This document shows, one piece after another, positions 18,130-26,856 of a stretch of DNA of 54,654 nt. The number at the start of each line of letters is the position of its first letter. The stretch's first letter is position 1. Source of the stretch: a virus (taxonomy: Duplodnaviria; Caudoviricetes); the IMG/VR virus record IMGVR_UViG_3300044515_000008, positions 1-54,654 of that record, one strand, 5' to 3'. The position numbers and the translations under genes are program-made. Under the pieces are notes generated by a model that was given only the letters and a program-made list of their open reading frames with translations, was not told the origin of the DNA and searched no databases.

Positions 18130-18368
18130 CGGCGCGTCTTTCGCGGACGTCTCGGGGAAGGTGGCATTACGCATATCCCCAGTCTCCATATTACGTGGTG
18201 CACTTCGCGGGTGGTCGCATTGAAATACCAGGCCGCGTAGCCGCACTCCGAACACGTTGTGCCGATCAACGGCAATACCGTATCCTCTTGGCCCGCGCCT
18301 TGCGGCCTTTCCATCTTGACCCGTGGTTGACGGACCACCGGGGAATACGGGGTTTTGCGCTTACCCAT
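18126..18368 (-). CDS. Hypothetical protein
   Basis: Coupled ORF with CSECG. Confidence 0.5.
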   Translation of the reverse strand: MGKRKTPYSPVVRQPRVKMERPQGAGQEDTVLPLIGTTCSECGYAAWYFNATTREVHHVIWRLGICVMPPSPRRPRKTRR

Positions 18369-18903
18369 TCCCGCGCGTGCCTAGCGGCGACTCGTCGCTA
18401 TACGCGCCGCGCGTGCCCCAATCGAAGCGGTGCCACTCGCGTAGCGCCGTGCCACCGGCTTTAGGCGACAGTCCCTTGTGGCCCTCAACCGACCGGCCGC
18501 AATACGAGCAACCGCCCACGTCGTCGAGGCTAGGCGGGTCGCCGAGTCCTACCGGCAAACCATCGCGTAGCACGCGCTGCATTTCTTCCATCTGTGCAAG
18601 CGCCGATTCCGCCGGAATGTCCTTGACGTCGGCGATAGCGCGGACGACGTCTTGCGTGTAATGGCGTGCCGCGAACATGACTGGCCCCCACCTGGTGTAC
18701 TCCGCTGGCGTCCACCCGTCCGGGCCGCTCGTTCCGCTGACCTGAATGGACACCATAGCCGCGTGAATGGCTTTGAGTAGTTCGCCTAGGCATCCGGGAA
18801 TCTGGTCGACCTCGTTTGCCCACACCGCGATTTCCTCGGCGGGGTCGAGTGCCGGGACGCCCAGCGCTTCAAGCAAAGCCATTATTTCTTCGTCACTCGG
18901 CAT
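18361..18903 (-). CDS. Hypothetical protein
   Basis: AAAGGGA RBS, CSYCG motif. Confidence 0.65.
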   Translation of the reverse strand: MPSDEEIMALLEALGVPALDPAEEIAVWANEVDQIPGCLGELLKAIHAAMVSIQVSGTSGPDGWTPAEYTRWGPVMFAARHYTQDVVRAIADVKDIPAESALAQMEEMQRVLRDGLPVGLGDPPSLDDVGGCSYCGRSVEGHKGLSPKAGGTALREWHRFDWGTRGAYSDESPLGTRGNG

Positions 18904-18922
18904 GGTGTCCCTTTGATTGGAT

Positions 18923-19147
18923 TCAGCGTGTGATCTGTCGGGGCTTTAGTGGACGCTCACCGGCTAGCCACCGATCAACGTCCGCTTTTTGAATCGAGTA
19001 TTTCCCGTGAGCCTTCGGTTGGGAATTGCGTAGCCCTACGGTTCCGCCGCTTTTGTGATACTGCGCGCAAGCCCGTTGAATGGTTTCGTAGCTACGGCGT
19101 GCGTAGTCGACGGCCTCACGTGCGGTAAGCCAAGGTGAGTCATCCAC
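18923..19147 (-). CDS. Excisionase / Cro-like HTH protein
   Basis: PWLTAREAVDYARRSYETI...YSIQKADVDRWL MerR-like Xis pattern; divergent from the repressor. Confidence 0.75.
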   Translation of the reverse strand: MDDSPWLTAREAVDYARRSYETIQRACAQYHKSGGTVGLRNSQPKAHGKYSIQKADVDRWLAGERPLKPRQITR

Positions 19148-19440
19148 GCTTGCATCCCCGCTGGTCAGCGGCCGGTGGCCCCCTCACCCCTTGCTCTCTG
19201 TCGATGTTCATTCACAGAACGTAGGCCCGTTCCGTTGGGTTCCGCAAGATGCCGCATGGGTACACTTTTGGCCGTGACCTTCCCGTAACGTCCGGACATG
19301 GGCGTAGACTGTCGTATAGTGCCGCATTGTGCCGCATGATAGGCCGCTGACCAGCAGAAAGGCAGAAACGCATGAGCACCCGTGCACCCGACCTACGTCC
19401 GCCGCTAGCCCTGCTACGCGCTACCCAGCAGGATGACGGG
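19148..19440. promoter_or_regulatory. Divergent lysis/lysogeny switch region
   Basis: Intergenic region between divergent HTH genes; three TGCCGCAT copies (~19250, 19320, 19331). Confidence 0.55.
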
Positions 19441-19830
19441 ATGACAGATCTACAGTGGCAAGCTCTCGGCCACGCCGTGGCGTACCGGCTTGACGAACTC
19501 GGCTATAGGAGTGTCGCAAAATTCGTCGATCAATCCGGCACCGACTTCTCAATCAAAACAATTCGCCGTCTTGTGAATGGCGGCAAAGTCAGCCGGTCGA
19601 CTCTGATCAATGTCGAAAAGTATTTGTTCTGGGGACCCGGTTCAATGGATGCGATCTTAGCGGGAAAGAAGCCATTCCCAAAGAAGGTCGAACCGGTCAC
19701 CGATGATGAACGCATACTGTGGGATACGCTCGTTCAACTCAACGTGGACCAGATTGACAGGGTGGAACATATCGCATTGTTCCGCGCGCACGCGAGTAAG
19801 TCTGACTCGGCCGAAAGTGCGGGTGCGTGA
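19441..19830 (+). CDS. Putative immunity repressor (XRE-like HTH)
   Basis: LG.AV..R..ELG..S...FSIKTIRRLVNG..VSRSTL..VE..L.W.PGS..AILAG typical of actinophage repressors; start could be 19372. Confidence 0.7.
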   Translation: MTDLQWQALGHAVAYRLDELGYRSVAKFVDQSGTDFSIKTIRRLVNGGKVSRSTLINVEKYLFWGPGSMDAILAGKKPFPKKVEPVTDDERILWDTLVQLNVDQIDRVEHIALFRAHASKSDSAESAGA

Positions 19831-21011
19831 TGGCCTGGACAACGAAGAACACCAAAGGCGAATTCCGCGCACTGTACCGCGACCCTGCGGGTAAGGCGCT
19901 CACCGTAAAGGACAGCAACGGCGACACCGTTTACTACCCCGGCAAGCGTGCCGCTATGGCCGCTGGTCGCGATGCCGAGTCGACGGCCCGCCGCAAGGCA
20001 CCGCAACGCACAACCACCGGCGGCGATATTCCGTGGGGTGATTGGTGGGACCAGATCGGCGGCAACCGCCACAAGACCAGCGACGGTGACGCTAACGAAA
20101 AGATCGTTGTCGAAAAGCATATCCGCCCGACGTGGGGTACAACGCCGCTCAACCGCATTACCAACCATGACATTAAGGAATGGATTAAAGAGCTAGCGCT
20201 CAAGCACTCCCCGAAGTACGTCGAATACATTTACTATATTTTGAAGGTCAGCCTAGACCTCGCCGTCGATGAGAAATACGGCGTGCTCGACGCAACACCA
20301 TGCACCGCGAAAATGGGCCTGCCTAAAATCGTAAAGAAGGCAATGCCCTATATCACCGATGCGGATATCGAACTGTACCGCGTGCACGGCCTACGCAAGG
20401 ACTACCTAGCCGTACTCGAATTCGCTTACCAAAGTGGCATGCGGCCTAGCGAAGTTTGCGGGCTGCACACGGAAGCAATCAATTGGGATACCGGGTGGTG
20501 CTATGTCGCCAACTCACTTGTACCGGGAATGATGGCAATCCGGCCGTTCACCAAAAACGGCGAAACCCGGCCCGCTCCGCTTATCGACCAGGCACTCAAG
20601 CTAGTTGTCGCCGCACTGGACGGCCGCGAACTACGCAACGGGTGCGGCCTTGAACACCTCGACGGCAAGCCATGCGCGGACGACCTGATTTTCCGCACCG
20701 TACGCGGAGCACCGATCACCCCCCGCAATCTCGCGCAAGCCATGCGGAACGTAGCGAAGAAAGGTGGATTCAAAGGCAAGTCCCCATACGCGGCTCGACG
20801 CGGCGCGGCAACGGCCGCCATTGTCGGCGGTGCCCCACAACTCGACGTCGAGAAAGGTCTAGGTCACGCCAACCTTGACGAGACGCGCGGGTATCACCAG
20901 ATGACACCCGAAGTGCGCAACCGCCTGCAAACCGCGCGCGACGCGGCAAGCGCCGCACCGGCCGCACCGGCATTGACCATTGTCCGCCCGAACACCACCC
21001 ACGCGGCATAA
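19827..21011 (+). CDS. int: Tyrosine integrase
   Basis: GMRPSE (R), TKNG (K), YAARR, LGH, RGY (Y) catalytic motifs; N-terminal arm-binding and SAM-like regions. Confidence 0.9.
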   Translation: MMAWTTKNTKGEFRALYRDPAGKALTVKDSNGDTVYYPGKRAAMAAGRDAESTARRKAPQRTTTGGDIPWGDWWDQIGGNRHKTSDGDANEKIVVEKHIRPTWGTTPLNRITNHDIKEWIKELALKHSPKYVEYIYYILKVSLDLAVDEKYGVLDATPCTAKMGLPKIVKKAMPYITDADIELYRVHGLRKDYLAVLEFAYQSGMRPSEVCGLHTEAINWDTGWCYVANSLVPGMMAIRPFTKNGETRPAPLIDQALKLVVAALDGRELRNGCGLEHLDGKPCADDLIFRTVRGAPITPRNLAQAMRNVAKKGGFKGKSPYAARRGAATAAIVGGAPQLDVEKGLGHANLDETRGYHQMTPEVRNRLQTARDAASAAPAAPALTIVRPNTTHAA

Positions 21012-21026
21012 AGGAGGTTGACCGCA

Positions 21027-22199
21027 ATGCCCAGAGAATCCCGCGCGACGAAAGACATATTCAGAAACCTGTCCCACGGCGATGGAATGTGGGAATTAGT
21101 CGGCGAGAAATTCATCATGACCAGCGTTGAAGCATTCCGCAAAGACGCACGTAGCTATCTCGGCGACCAGACGGAATTGAGGTCAAGTACGCTCGACTCA
21201 CCGGATGTCGATTGGTATTCAATCTGGCGCTACTTCAAAACCGGTGTACCCCTTGCCGACGATGGCCCGTGGTCCCGCTATCTCCCATGCGAAACATGCG
21301 GCGCCGAATACGAACGACCGTGCCTAAGCATGAAGTCATCCGGCCGACGGCCCATCGCTCAACCCCACGATGGCCGCCACTTCGTAGGCCAGTACGTATC
21401 GGGCTCGACAGTGGACACCGACGCACCGGCGCACGCCGACACGGCGACCACCGAACCGGCCCCGGCAAACCCTGCCGTCGTCGAGCACGCCGAACCGGCC
21501 ACGATCACCCGGACACGCAAGCCCCCCGCCGGTTGGGACCGGTCCGCGCACCGCACCCCGTGGTACGTCCTAGCCGACGGTGAGTATGTGGGCTACGCCG
21601 ACCGCACGAGCGCGGACGGCTGGACGTGGTTCACCGCGCACACGATGGACGGCACACCGGTGGCGAACACGCGCCGCAAGCCGGGGCAAGACGAGTGGCG
21701 TTTCTCACACCTAGCCGGGGCTGAGATGGCCCTAGCGGGCCGCACGGCCACGGGCACGGCACAACCGGCCACCCGGCCCGGCCACGCCGACACGGCCACG
21801 CTCACCGGCCACGCCGACAACGGGCACGAGGTGGACGCCACCGACGACACGGCCACCCGGGCAGCGATCGGCCGGGCACACCGCGCGGACACGGTAGAGG
21901 CCCCGCTAGCCGGGTTCCCGGCCATGTTGTGGCGGTCCGCGTGTACGTGCCGGTGGGTGAGCGACCGATACGACGACAAGCGGACGGCCGGGCGCGCCCA
22001 CGATCGCCACGTCATGGACGTGCTCACGGCCGCCGGGTCTGTAGCGGAACCTGTAGCAAAGTCCTCCGGGAAGATTGCTACAGGTTCCGCAAAGCGGCCC
22101 GCAAAAATGCCCGCTGACCAGCGGAAGTATCGTCACAATGTCGATCATGCCCGAACACTGCCGGAAACCCGTTTTACCAGGTCAACGATTTATGCATAA
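21027..22199 (+). CDS. Multi-domain Zn-finger protein
   Basis: AAGGAGG RBS; CETCGA...PC...H.GR and WRSACTC.W...H..H motifs. Confidence 0.65.
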   Translation: MPRESRATKDIFRNLSHGDGMWELVGEKFIMTSVEAFRKDARSYLGDQTELRSSTLDSPDVDWYSIWRYFKTGVPLADDGPWSRYLPCETCGAEYERPCLSMKSSGRRPIAQPHDGRHFVGQYVSGSTVDTDAPAHADTATTEPAPANPAVVEHAEPATITRTRKPPAGWDRSAHRTPWYVLADGEYVGYADRTSADGWTWFTAHTMDGTPVANTRRKPGQDEWRFSHLAGAEMALAGRTATGTAQPATRPGHADTATLTGHADNGHEVDATDDTATRAAIGRAHRADTVEAPLAGFPAMLWRSACTCRWVSDRYDDKRTAGRAHDRHVMDVLTAAGSVAEPVAKSSGKIATGSAKRPAKMPADQRKYRHNVDHARTLPETRFTRSTIYA

Positions 22200-22271
22200 G
22201 GGTGGCCTCTAGATGGCATAGTGCCTTTGACCTGGTGATCCTTCGCGAATATGTAGCAGATCTGTAGCAAA
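22039..22271. other. Putative attP
   Basis: TGTAGC(A/G)(A/G) arm-type repeats at 22040, 22052, 22075-22082 (inverted), 22252 and 22263 flank a central segment bounded by ACCAGGTCAA/TTGACCTGGT. Confidence 0.6.
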
Positions 22272-22319
22272 CACCCCCGGCCGTCGGCCGCTACACAACC
22301 GGCGCACCGGGGGTGTTTT
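22269..22319 (+). terminator. Terminator-like hairpin
   Basis: AAACACCCCCGG...CCGGGGGTGTTT. Confidence 0.55.
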
Positions 22320-22384
22320 GCGTGCCCATGATTCGTGATCTGCCGTCGTGACTGTACGTGCCCCGACGGGGCTACTCTCGGTGC

Positions 22385-22882
22385 ATGAGAATCCCCCGGA
22401 TAGCCGGTGTGGTCGCGCTGGTCGCGGCATCCACCGTGGCATGCACGAGCGCGAGCACACCGGCCCCGGCCCCGTCGGTTGCACCCCCGGCCCCGTCGTC
22501 GAGCGCGGCGGACACGGTGCCGGGGCCGCTCGCGTGGAACGCACACGGCGACGCGCTAGGCGCGGACGTAGTGCTTGGTAAGCCGGTGCGGGGCAGTGAC
22601 GGAATCGCTACGGTGCCGGTGACGCTGGTCAACCACCGTCCGGCGGTGCTCACTGATCTTGTCGTCGACGGCATCACGGCCGACGGTGCGGCTACGGACC
22701 TAGACGACGACAATACCGAGCAGATCGGAATTGGTGTGGTGCAAGGGAAAAGCTTCACGTACACCATGCACCTGACGAAGGTTCCCGCTAGCGCCAAGGA
22801 AATCACGGTGACTGTCGAGGTCGATTGGACCAGCACCACGCAAAAGACCGTTCAACTCACGTGGGCCGGTGCGGTTGCGTGA
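22385..22882 (+). CDS. Lipoprotein (candidate superinfection exclusion)
   Basis: Signal peptide with lipobox TVA-C, Pro/Ser linker, beta-rich domain; next to attP. Confidence 0.7.
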   Translation: MRIPRIAGVVALVAASTVACTSASTPAPAPSVAPPAPSSSAADTVPGPLAWNAHGDALGADVVLGKPVRGSDGIATVPVTLVNHRPAVLTDLVVDGITADGAATDLDDDNTEQIGIGVVQGKSFTYTMHLTKVPASAKEITVTVEVDWTSTTQKTVQLTWAGAVA

Positions 22883-23166
22883 CGCAATACACCGTGACTT
22901 TGACCGTGAACGATGATCCTAGTTTGGTGATCACCGTTGCAGTATCGGCCGTGGACATCTTGGAAGCGTGGAAGAAAGGTGAGCGGCAGGCACGCGCGAT
23001 TCTGAACCGGCGGGCGCGCCTTAGTAAGTTGTCCGCGCACGCTGCCAACACGTTGCCGACGTTCACGTGCCCCGTGTGCGGCTTGGTGTCTTACAACCCG
23101 ACCGACCGCGCCAAGGGCTATTGCGGTGCGTGTCACGCGTACACGGGCGCCGGTACCATCGCATGA
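22879..23166 (+). CDS. Hypothetical protein with C-terminal Zn finger
   Basis: GTGA overlap; CPVCG..SYNP.D...GYCG.CH. Confidence 0.65.
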   Translation: MTQYTVTLTVNDDPSLVITVAVSAVDILEAWKKGERQARAILNRRARLSKLSAHAANTLPTFTCPVCGLVSYNPTDRAKGYCGACHAYTGAGTIA

Positions 23167-23170
23167 TTAA

Positions 23171-23203
23171 AGCCCCCATGCCGTGGTCTAGGGCATGGGG
23201 GCT
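23171..23203. terminator. Bidirectional terminator
   Basis: 12-bp stem AGCCCCCATGCC/GGCATGGGGGCT between convergent genes. Confidence 0.7.
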
Positions 23204-23215
23204 AGGCGAATATGG

Positions 23216-23800
23216 CTAGGACTGTGCGGACAGTTCCGCTATCAGATGTCTCGCGTGCTCGTCTTCGGGGGTGCCGCTATCTGTGTACCGGTCGCCTACC
23301 CATGAACACGAACACAATGCGCGCCACGTCATCAAGCCCCCTATCGTTTCCGGGGTAATGCTGCGCTTGTGGCCGGGGGCCGTCTCGACCCTCGCGCGAG
23401 TGCGGGTGATCGGGATCACCGACGCCCGGCCGGTGGGCGCCTCGATCCGCTCGCGTCCCTTATGGACACGGGCAAGAATCTTGCCGTGGTCATTGACCGA
23501 CAAGCACGCTTTCCCTGCCCGCTGAAAGCACACGCGGCACTTCCCGAACTCTGACCAATAGTCGTCGTCGGGGGTGGCGTCCACCGTGGCGGGCTCGTCG
23601 AGTATGGGGGCCGGTCGGAGTGGCGTGGGGTCGATCGGTTCGGGTGCGGGGCCGTCGACGTGCGGCCGTCCCTTGTGGTGGCGTAGTAGTTCCTTGCCCT
23701 TGCTGGCGTTGTTGCTTATGCCGACGCACGGGCGGGCCGGTCGGGCGCCGCACGTATCGCACGTGTCAAGATCAACGGCACGGTCTAGTATTGCTTGCAT
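23216..23800 (-). CDS. Multi Zn-finger protein, paralog of 21027-22199
   Basis: Two CxxC...C...HKGR units plus WRALCSC.W...H..H. Confidence 0.7.
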   Translation of the reverse strand: MQAILDRAVDLDTCDTCGARPARPCVGISNNASKGKELLRHHKGRPHVDGPAPEPIDPTPLRPAPILDEPATVDATPDDDYWSEFGKCRVCFQRAGKACLSVNDHGKILARVHKGRERIEAPTGRASVIPITRTRARVETAPGHKRSITPETIGGLMTWRALCSCSWVGDRYTDSGTPEDEHARHLIAELSAQS

Positions 23801-23837
23801 CGCAGTAGGTCCCTTAGCATCTATTCGATTGTGCTTG

Positions 23838-24026
23838 TTAGCGATTGGCGCTGGCGTCTTTCTCCACGGCCGCGCCGATTGCGGCAATTATCATGGTGAG
23901 GACCAGGCCATACACCATGTAATGCCATTGATCTAGCGCCACCCAGAGAACGATGCCCGCGCCGAGTGCTGTACTGGTCAGCGCGGCGAAAACTTTATTC
24001 GTCGTCACTTTCACTGTCACCGTCAG
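23838..24026 (-). CDS. Small two-TM membrane protein
   Basis: Two hydrophobic segments; start approximate. Confidence 0.55.
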   Translation of the reverse strand: MTVTVKVTTNKVFAALTSTALGAGIVLWVALDQWHYMVYGLVLTMIIAAIGAAVEKDASANR

Positions 24027-24261
24027 CACACCATTTCCATTTTGCGGTGAGGCGTCCGCGATTGTCGGTCGCGTGCACTGTGTGTCTTTCCATCTCGCCG
24101 CCATAAAGCCTCACTTTGTCCTTGCCGCATACCGGGCAAGTGACTTCTCTCGTGCCGGATTTACCGGCGCGCGGTGCTGGCGCCCCCCTGCTCTCGGTGC
24201 TGTAAACCCACCGCGTTCCGTCTGTCCTTAATGCATGGTCCGTTGTGGAACTCATGATCAC
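23995..24261 (-). CDS. Hypothetical Zn-binding protein
   Basis: CPVCGK...H...WC. Confidence 0.55.
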   Translation of the reverse strand: MIMSSTTDHALRTDGTRWVYSTESRGAPAPRAGKSGTREVTCPVCGKDKVRLYGGEMERHTVHATDNRGRLTAKWKWCADGDSESDDE

Positions 24262-24485
24262 AGACTAGCCGCTTGCCGGGTGCAATATGCACGGAGCGTC
24301 ACCCAAATGGCGGCATCGCTATTCCCCCGGCCGCCGGAAAAGTGGCCTAGACCAGCGGGTTTGCATTCCCGAATTTCGCGGCGACCGTCGCGCGCCGTAT
24401 CCGCGTGACGGTATTTATGACGTCACCGTCGAGGTAATCCACTGTGGATGGTGAGGCTACCCTTATCGAATTCTATTTTCCGTGA

Positions 24486-24956
24486 TCATAAGGCGCGGAC
24501 TAGTTCCAAAACGCGCGCGAGTAGCTCCGACGACGGATAAGAACCCGAGTCCCGGACGGGCCTTGCCGTCGTTTGCACGTGCACGCGCACGGGCAAAGGC
24601 TCGACCGGTTTCGGTGGCTGCTGCTGCTCAAGCTCTTTTGACACGCGAGTCCGCTTTCTTGTTGTGGGTGGCAGGCCGTTTCCGCCGGTCGGCCGAATCC
24701 GGACACCCGCGTTAATGAGCATCCGGCGCGTCTTGCTGTACGTGTAGCCAAAGGCTTCTGCTACCGCGCGGATAGTCTGCCCTGCGCGGTAGGCGTCGGC
24801 CATCCCCGGTGGGATGATCGGAACGTCTGAACGTATTGCGACCCTATGCCGCACCAGTATTTCGCGCACACGTGGACGTGACATTTCGTAGCGCGCTGAA
24901 AGTTTATTCATTGATTCGCCCTGCTGATAGAGGTCGACTAGTTCGTCGTCATCCAT
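24486..24956 (-). CDS. Tandem HTH DNA-binding protein
   Basis: Two LY..G.S...L...Y..S...VR..L...GV.IR repeats. Confidence 0.8.
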   Translation of the reverse strand: MDDDELVDLYQQGESMNKLSARYEMSRPRVREILVRHRVAIRSDVPIIPPGMADAYRAGQTIRAVAEAFGYTYSKTRRMLINAGVRIRPTGGNGLPPTTRKRTRVSKELEQQQPPKPVEPLPVRVHVQTTARPVRDSGSYPSSELLARVLELVRAL

Positions 24957-24977
24957 TAGTGGACACCCCCCAATTTC

Positions 24978-25145
24978 TCACCGTTCGATATGCCACATGC
25001 TTACCGGCCACAACACGGCCCGGCCGATCAACTCGTAAAACGCACTCGCCGGGAACGGGCGCCCGTGGTGCACCACCACGTATGCACCCCACGCGGCCCG
25101 TGCGGCTATGCCAGTCGTCCAGATGAACAGGAGAAGGGTGCTCAT
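24978..25145 (-). CDS. Small membrane protein
   Basis: Hydrophobic ORF, ATGA coupling. Confidence 0.5.
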   Translation of the reverse strand: MSTLLLFIWTTGIAARAAWGAYVVVHHGRPFPASAFYELIGRAVLWPVSMWHIER

Positions 25146-25390
25146 GCCCGCACCCCGGCTAGGCACGCTCGTCGACGTACACGGATGGCCTTGCGTACGG
25201 CGACGACAAGGCGCCGCGCGTGGCGTGTCTCATAGCGCCACTGGTCGCCGTCGCGCCGGTACGCCCAAAGCTCGTATGCACGAGTGGGTGCCAGTAGGCC
25301 ACCGTCACAATTGCCGTGCGGGTCAAAGGCCCCGTCGGCGCCCACCGGGCAAAGCGTATCGCACAGTGCACAGAGCTTGGTGTCGATCAT
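25142..25390 (-). CDS. Hypothetical protein
   Basis: CALC...H..C; GGAAGG RBS before MIDTK. Confidence 0.5.
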   Translation of the reverse strand: MIDTKLCALCDTLCPVGADGAFDPHGNCDGGLLAPTRAYELWAYRRDGDQWRYETRHARRLVVAVRKAIRVRRRACLAGVRA

Positions 25391-25492
25391 GGGTGGACCT
25401 TCCGCAATGGAACACGGCGGGGGCATTTTGCGTCGGGCGTCTGCTCGGGGTGGACGCCTAGCAAAGGAATGCCCCCGCCGTGGGTATCGGGG

Positions 25493-25783
25493 TTATCGCC
25501 GTTGAATCAAGCGCTTGACGAATGCATTGACGTCGTGAACTCGGGGGGTTCTCGTCGGATTGAATACGACGACGACGGCCACGTCATTGCGCCGATCAAA
25601 CGCAACCGGAATGTGGACCGCGTCGCATGCCGCTTGCACGCGGGTGATCCACTCCTCAACGTCGATGTTGTCCAGCGCTGCCCATTCATAGAGGTACACA
25701 CCGAATCTGCCGATCACGAGGTCTGGCAGAAGCCTCGCGATAGTCGCGGCTACCTTCGGTTCCCCTGCTGCGCTGTTCAACAT
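25493..25783 (-). CDS. Hypothetical protein
   Basis: ORF downstream of the DUF397 genes. Confidence 0.55.
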   Translation of the reverse strand: MLNSAAGEPKVAATIARLLPDLVIGRFGVYLYEWAALDNIDVEEWITRVQAACDAVHIPVAFDRRNDVAVVVVFNPTRTPRVHDVNAFVKRLIQRR

Positions 25784-25798
25784 TTCATTCTCTCTCGG

Positions 25799-26011
25799 CT
25801 ATGCGGCGACGATTGCGCGCGCGAATTCGCCGAACGTTGCGGGGCTGGTGCTGAGTCCCGGCCGCGTGTCGACGGGCATGCCTGCCTGCTTGGTGTCGCG
25901 GATACCGACGGTGTTGCCGGATCGGCCCACCTCGACACAAGCGTTTTCCTCGTGGTGCGTTTTGAGGGACTTGTGCCAGTTGCCGATAATGTGATGAATG
26001 TTGATGATCAC
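25799..26011 (-). CDS. DUF397 domain protein
   Basis: WHKS.....ACVEVG....VGIRDTK signature. Confidence 0.85.
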   Translation of the reverse strand: MIINIHHIIGNWHKSLKTHHEENACVEVGRSGNTVGIRDTKQAGMPVDTRPGLSTSPATFGEFARAIVAA

Positions 26012-26292
26012 GAAATTTCCTTTCCGTTGACGCCGAAAGGGGACAGTCCCATTTCGACGTTGAACTCACCTTTGGACACGCCGTCCTTAAAGGCGTCCCA
26101 CTCACGCGAAGTGAAAACTAGGGTGGAGTGGTTGACGTTGTCGTCGCGAACGAGGGTCAACGTCTCGCCGTCACATTCCAGGGTGACGTATTGCAACCGG
26201 TCGCCGTCGTCACCAACGGTTTCCCAACCGTCGAAAAGTTGACGGCCGAGTGTCGCGGCATGAGCGATGGCAAGACAAATGCTGGCGTCCAC
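26008..26292 (-). CDS. Divergent DUF397-like protein
   Basis: LVRDD....LVFTSREWDAFKDGVSKGEF C-terminal signature; N-terminal WxKS/CVEV degenerate. Confidence 0.65.
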   Translation of the reverse strand: MDASICLAIAHAATLGRQLFDGWETVGDDGDRLQYVTLECDGETLTLVRDDNVNHSTLVFTSREWDAFKDGVSKGEFNVEMGLSPFGVNGKEIS

Positions 26293-26312
26293 GGTGGGGT
26301 TTCCTCCAATGA

Positions 26313-26675
26313 TCAGGAATGTTGCAGTGTCCGACGGCGGGCCGGTTCGGGCTCGTCGCGTGGTTCACGGTCTGGCCGGTTCGTCATGTACGGCCGGGTG
26401 AGTGGCGGCCGTTGCCGGGGTATGGGTGACGGCCGCTCGACGGTTGGCCAGTCGGCGGCAAAGTCGCCGCGCGCGGCATGCTTGTCGTCGACACGGTCCA
26501 GCTCGGCGCGTCGCTCGCGTTCGAGGATCACGGCCACGTCTATCGGGTTCCACCCGTCGGCGCGTGCTCTGGCCTGCCGCCGTTCCCGGTGGTCACGTAC
26601 CAAGATCGCTACCGCTAGGACGGCGGCACCGCCTATGAGCAGGCAACCAACGATCACGGCCCCCATGCCGCACAC
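26313..26675 (-). CDS. Single-TM hypothetical protein
   Basis: N-terminal TM segment then charged region; divergent from the XRE gene. Confidence 0.55.
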   Translation of the reverse strand: MCGMGAVIVGCLLIGGAAVLAVAILVRDHRERRQARARADGWNPIDVAVILERERRAELDRVDDKHAARGDFAADWPTVERPSPIPRQRPPLTRPYMTNRPDREPRDEPEPARRRTLQHS

Positions 26676-26856
26676 CCCACTTTCTGCCGTTGACCTGGGC
26701 TAGCGGGCCGGTCGAGCGTGACCGTGCCAGCGTGCCGAGTTGTACCGGTCCCCACAGTGGCCGTCGGTACGATCGGTACGCAATAGCCCATACGTGTGAA
26801 GTAGCAAGTACGCACCGTAGTCGAGCGCGGAAGTCGCCACCCACTATGATCGGTGC

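Noticed and set aside
22188-22220. dif-like XerCD site
   Set aside because: Only the left half vaguely resembles a XerC arm; no TTATGT XerD arm
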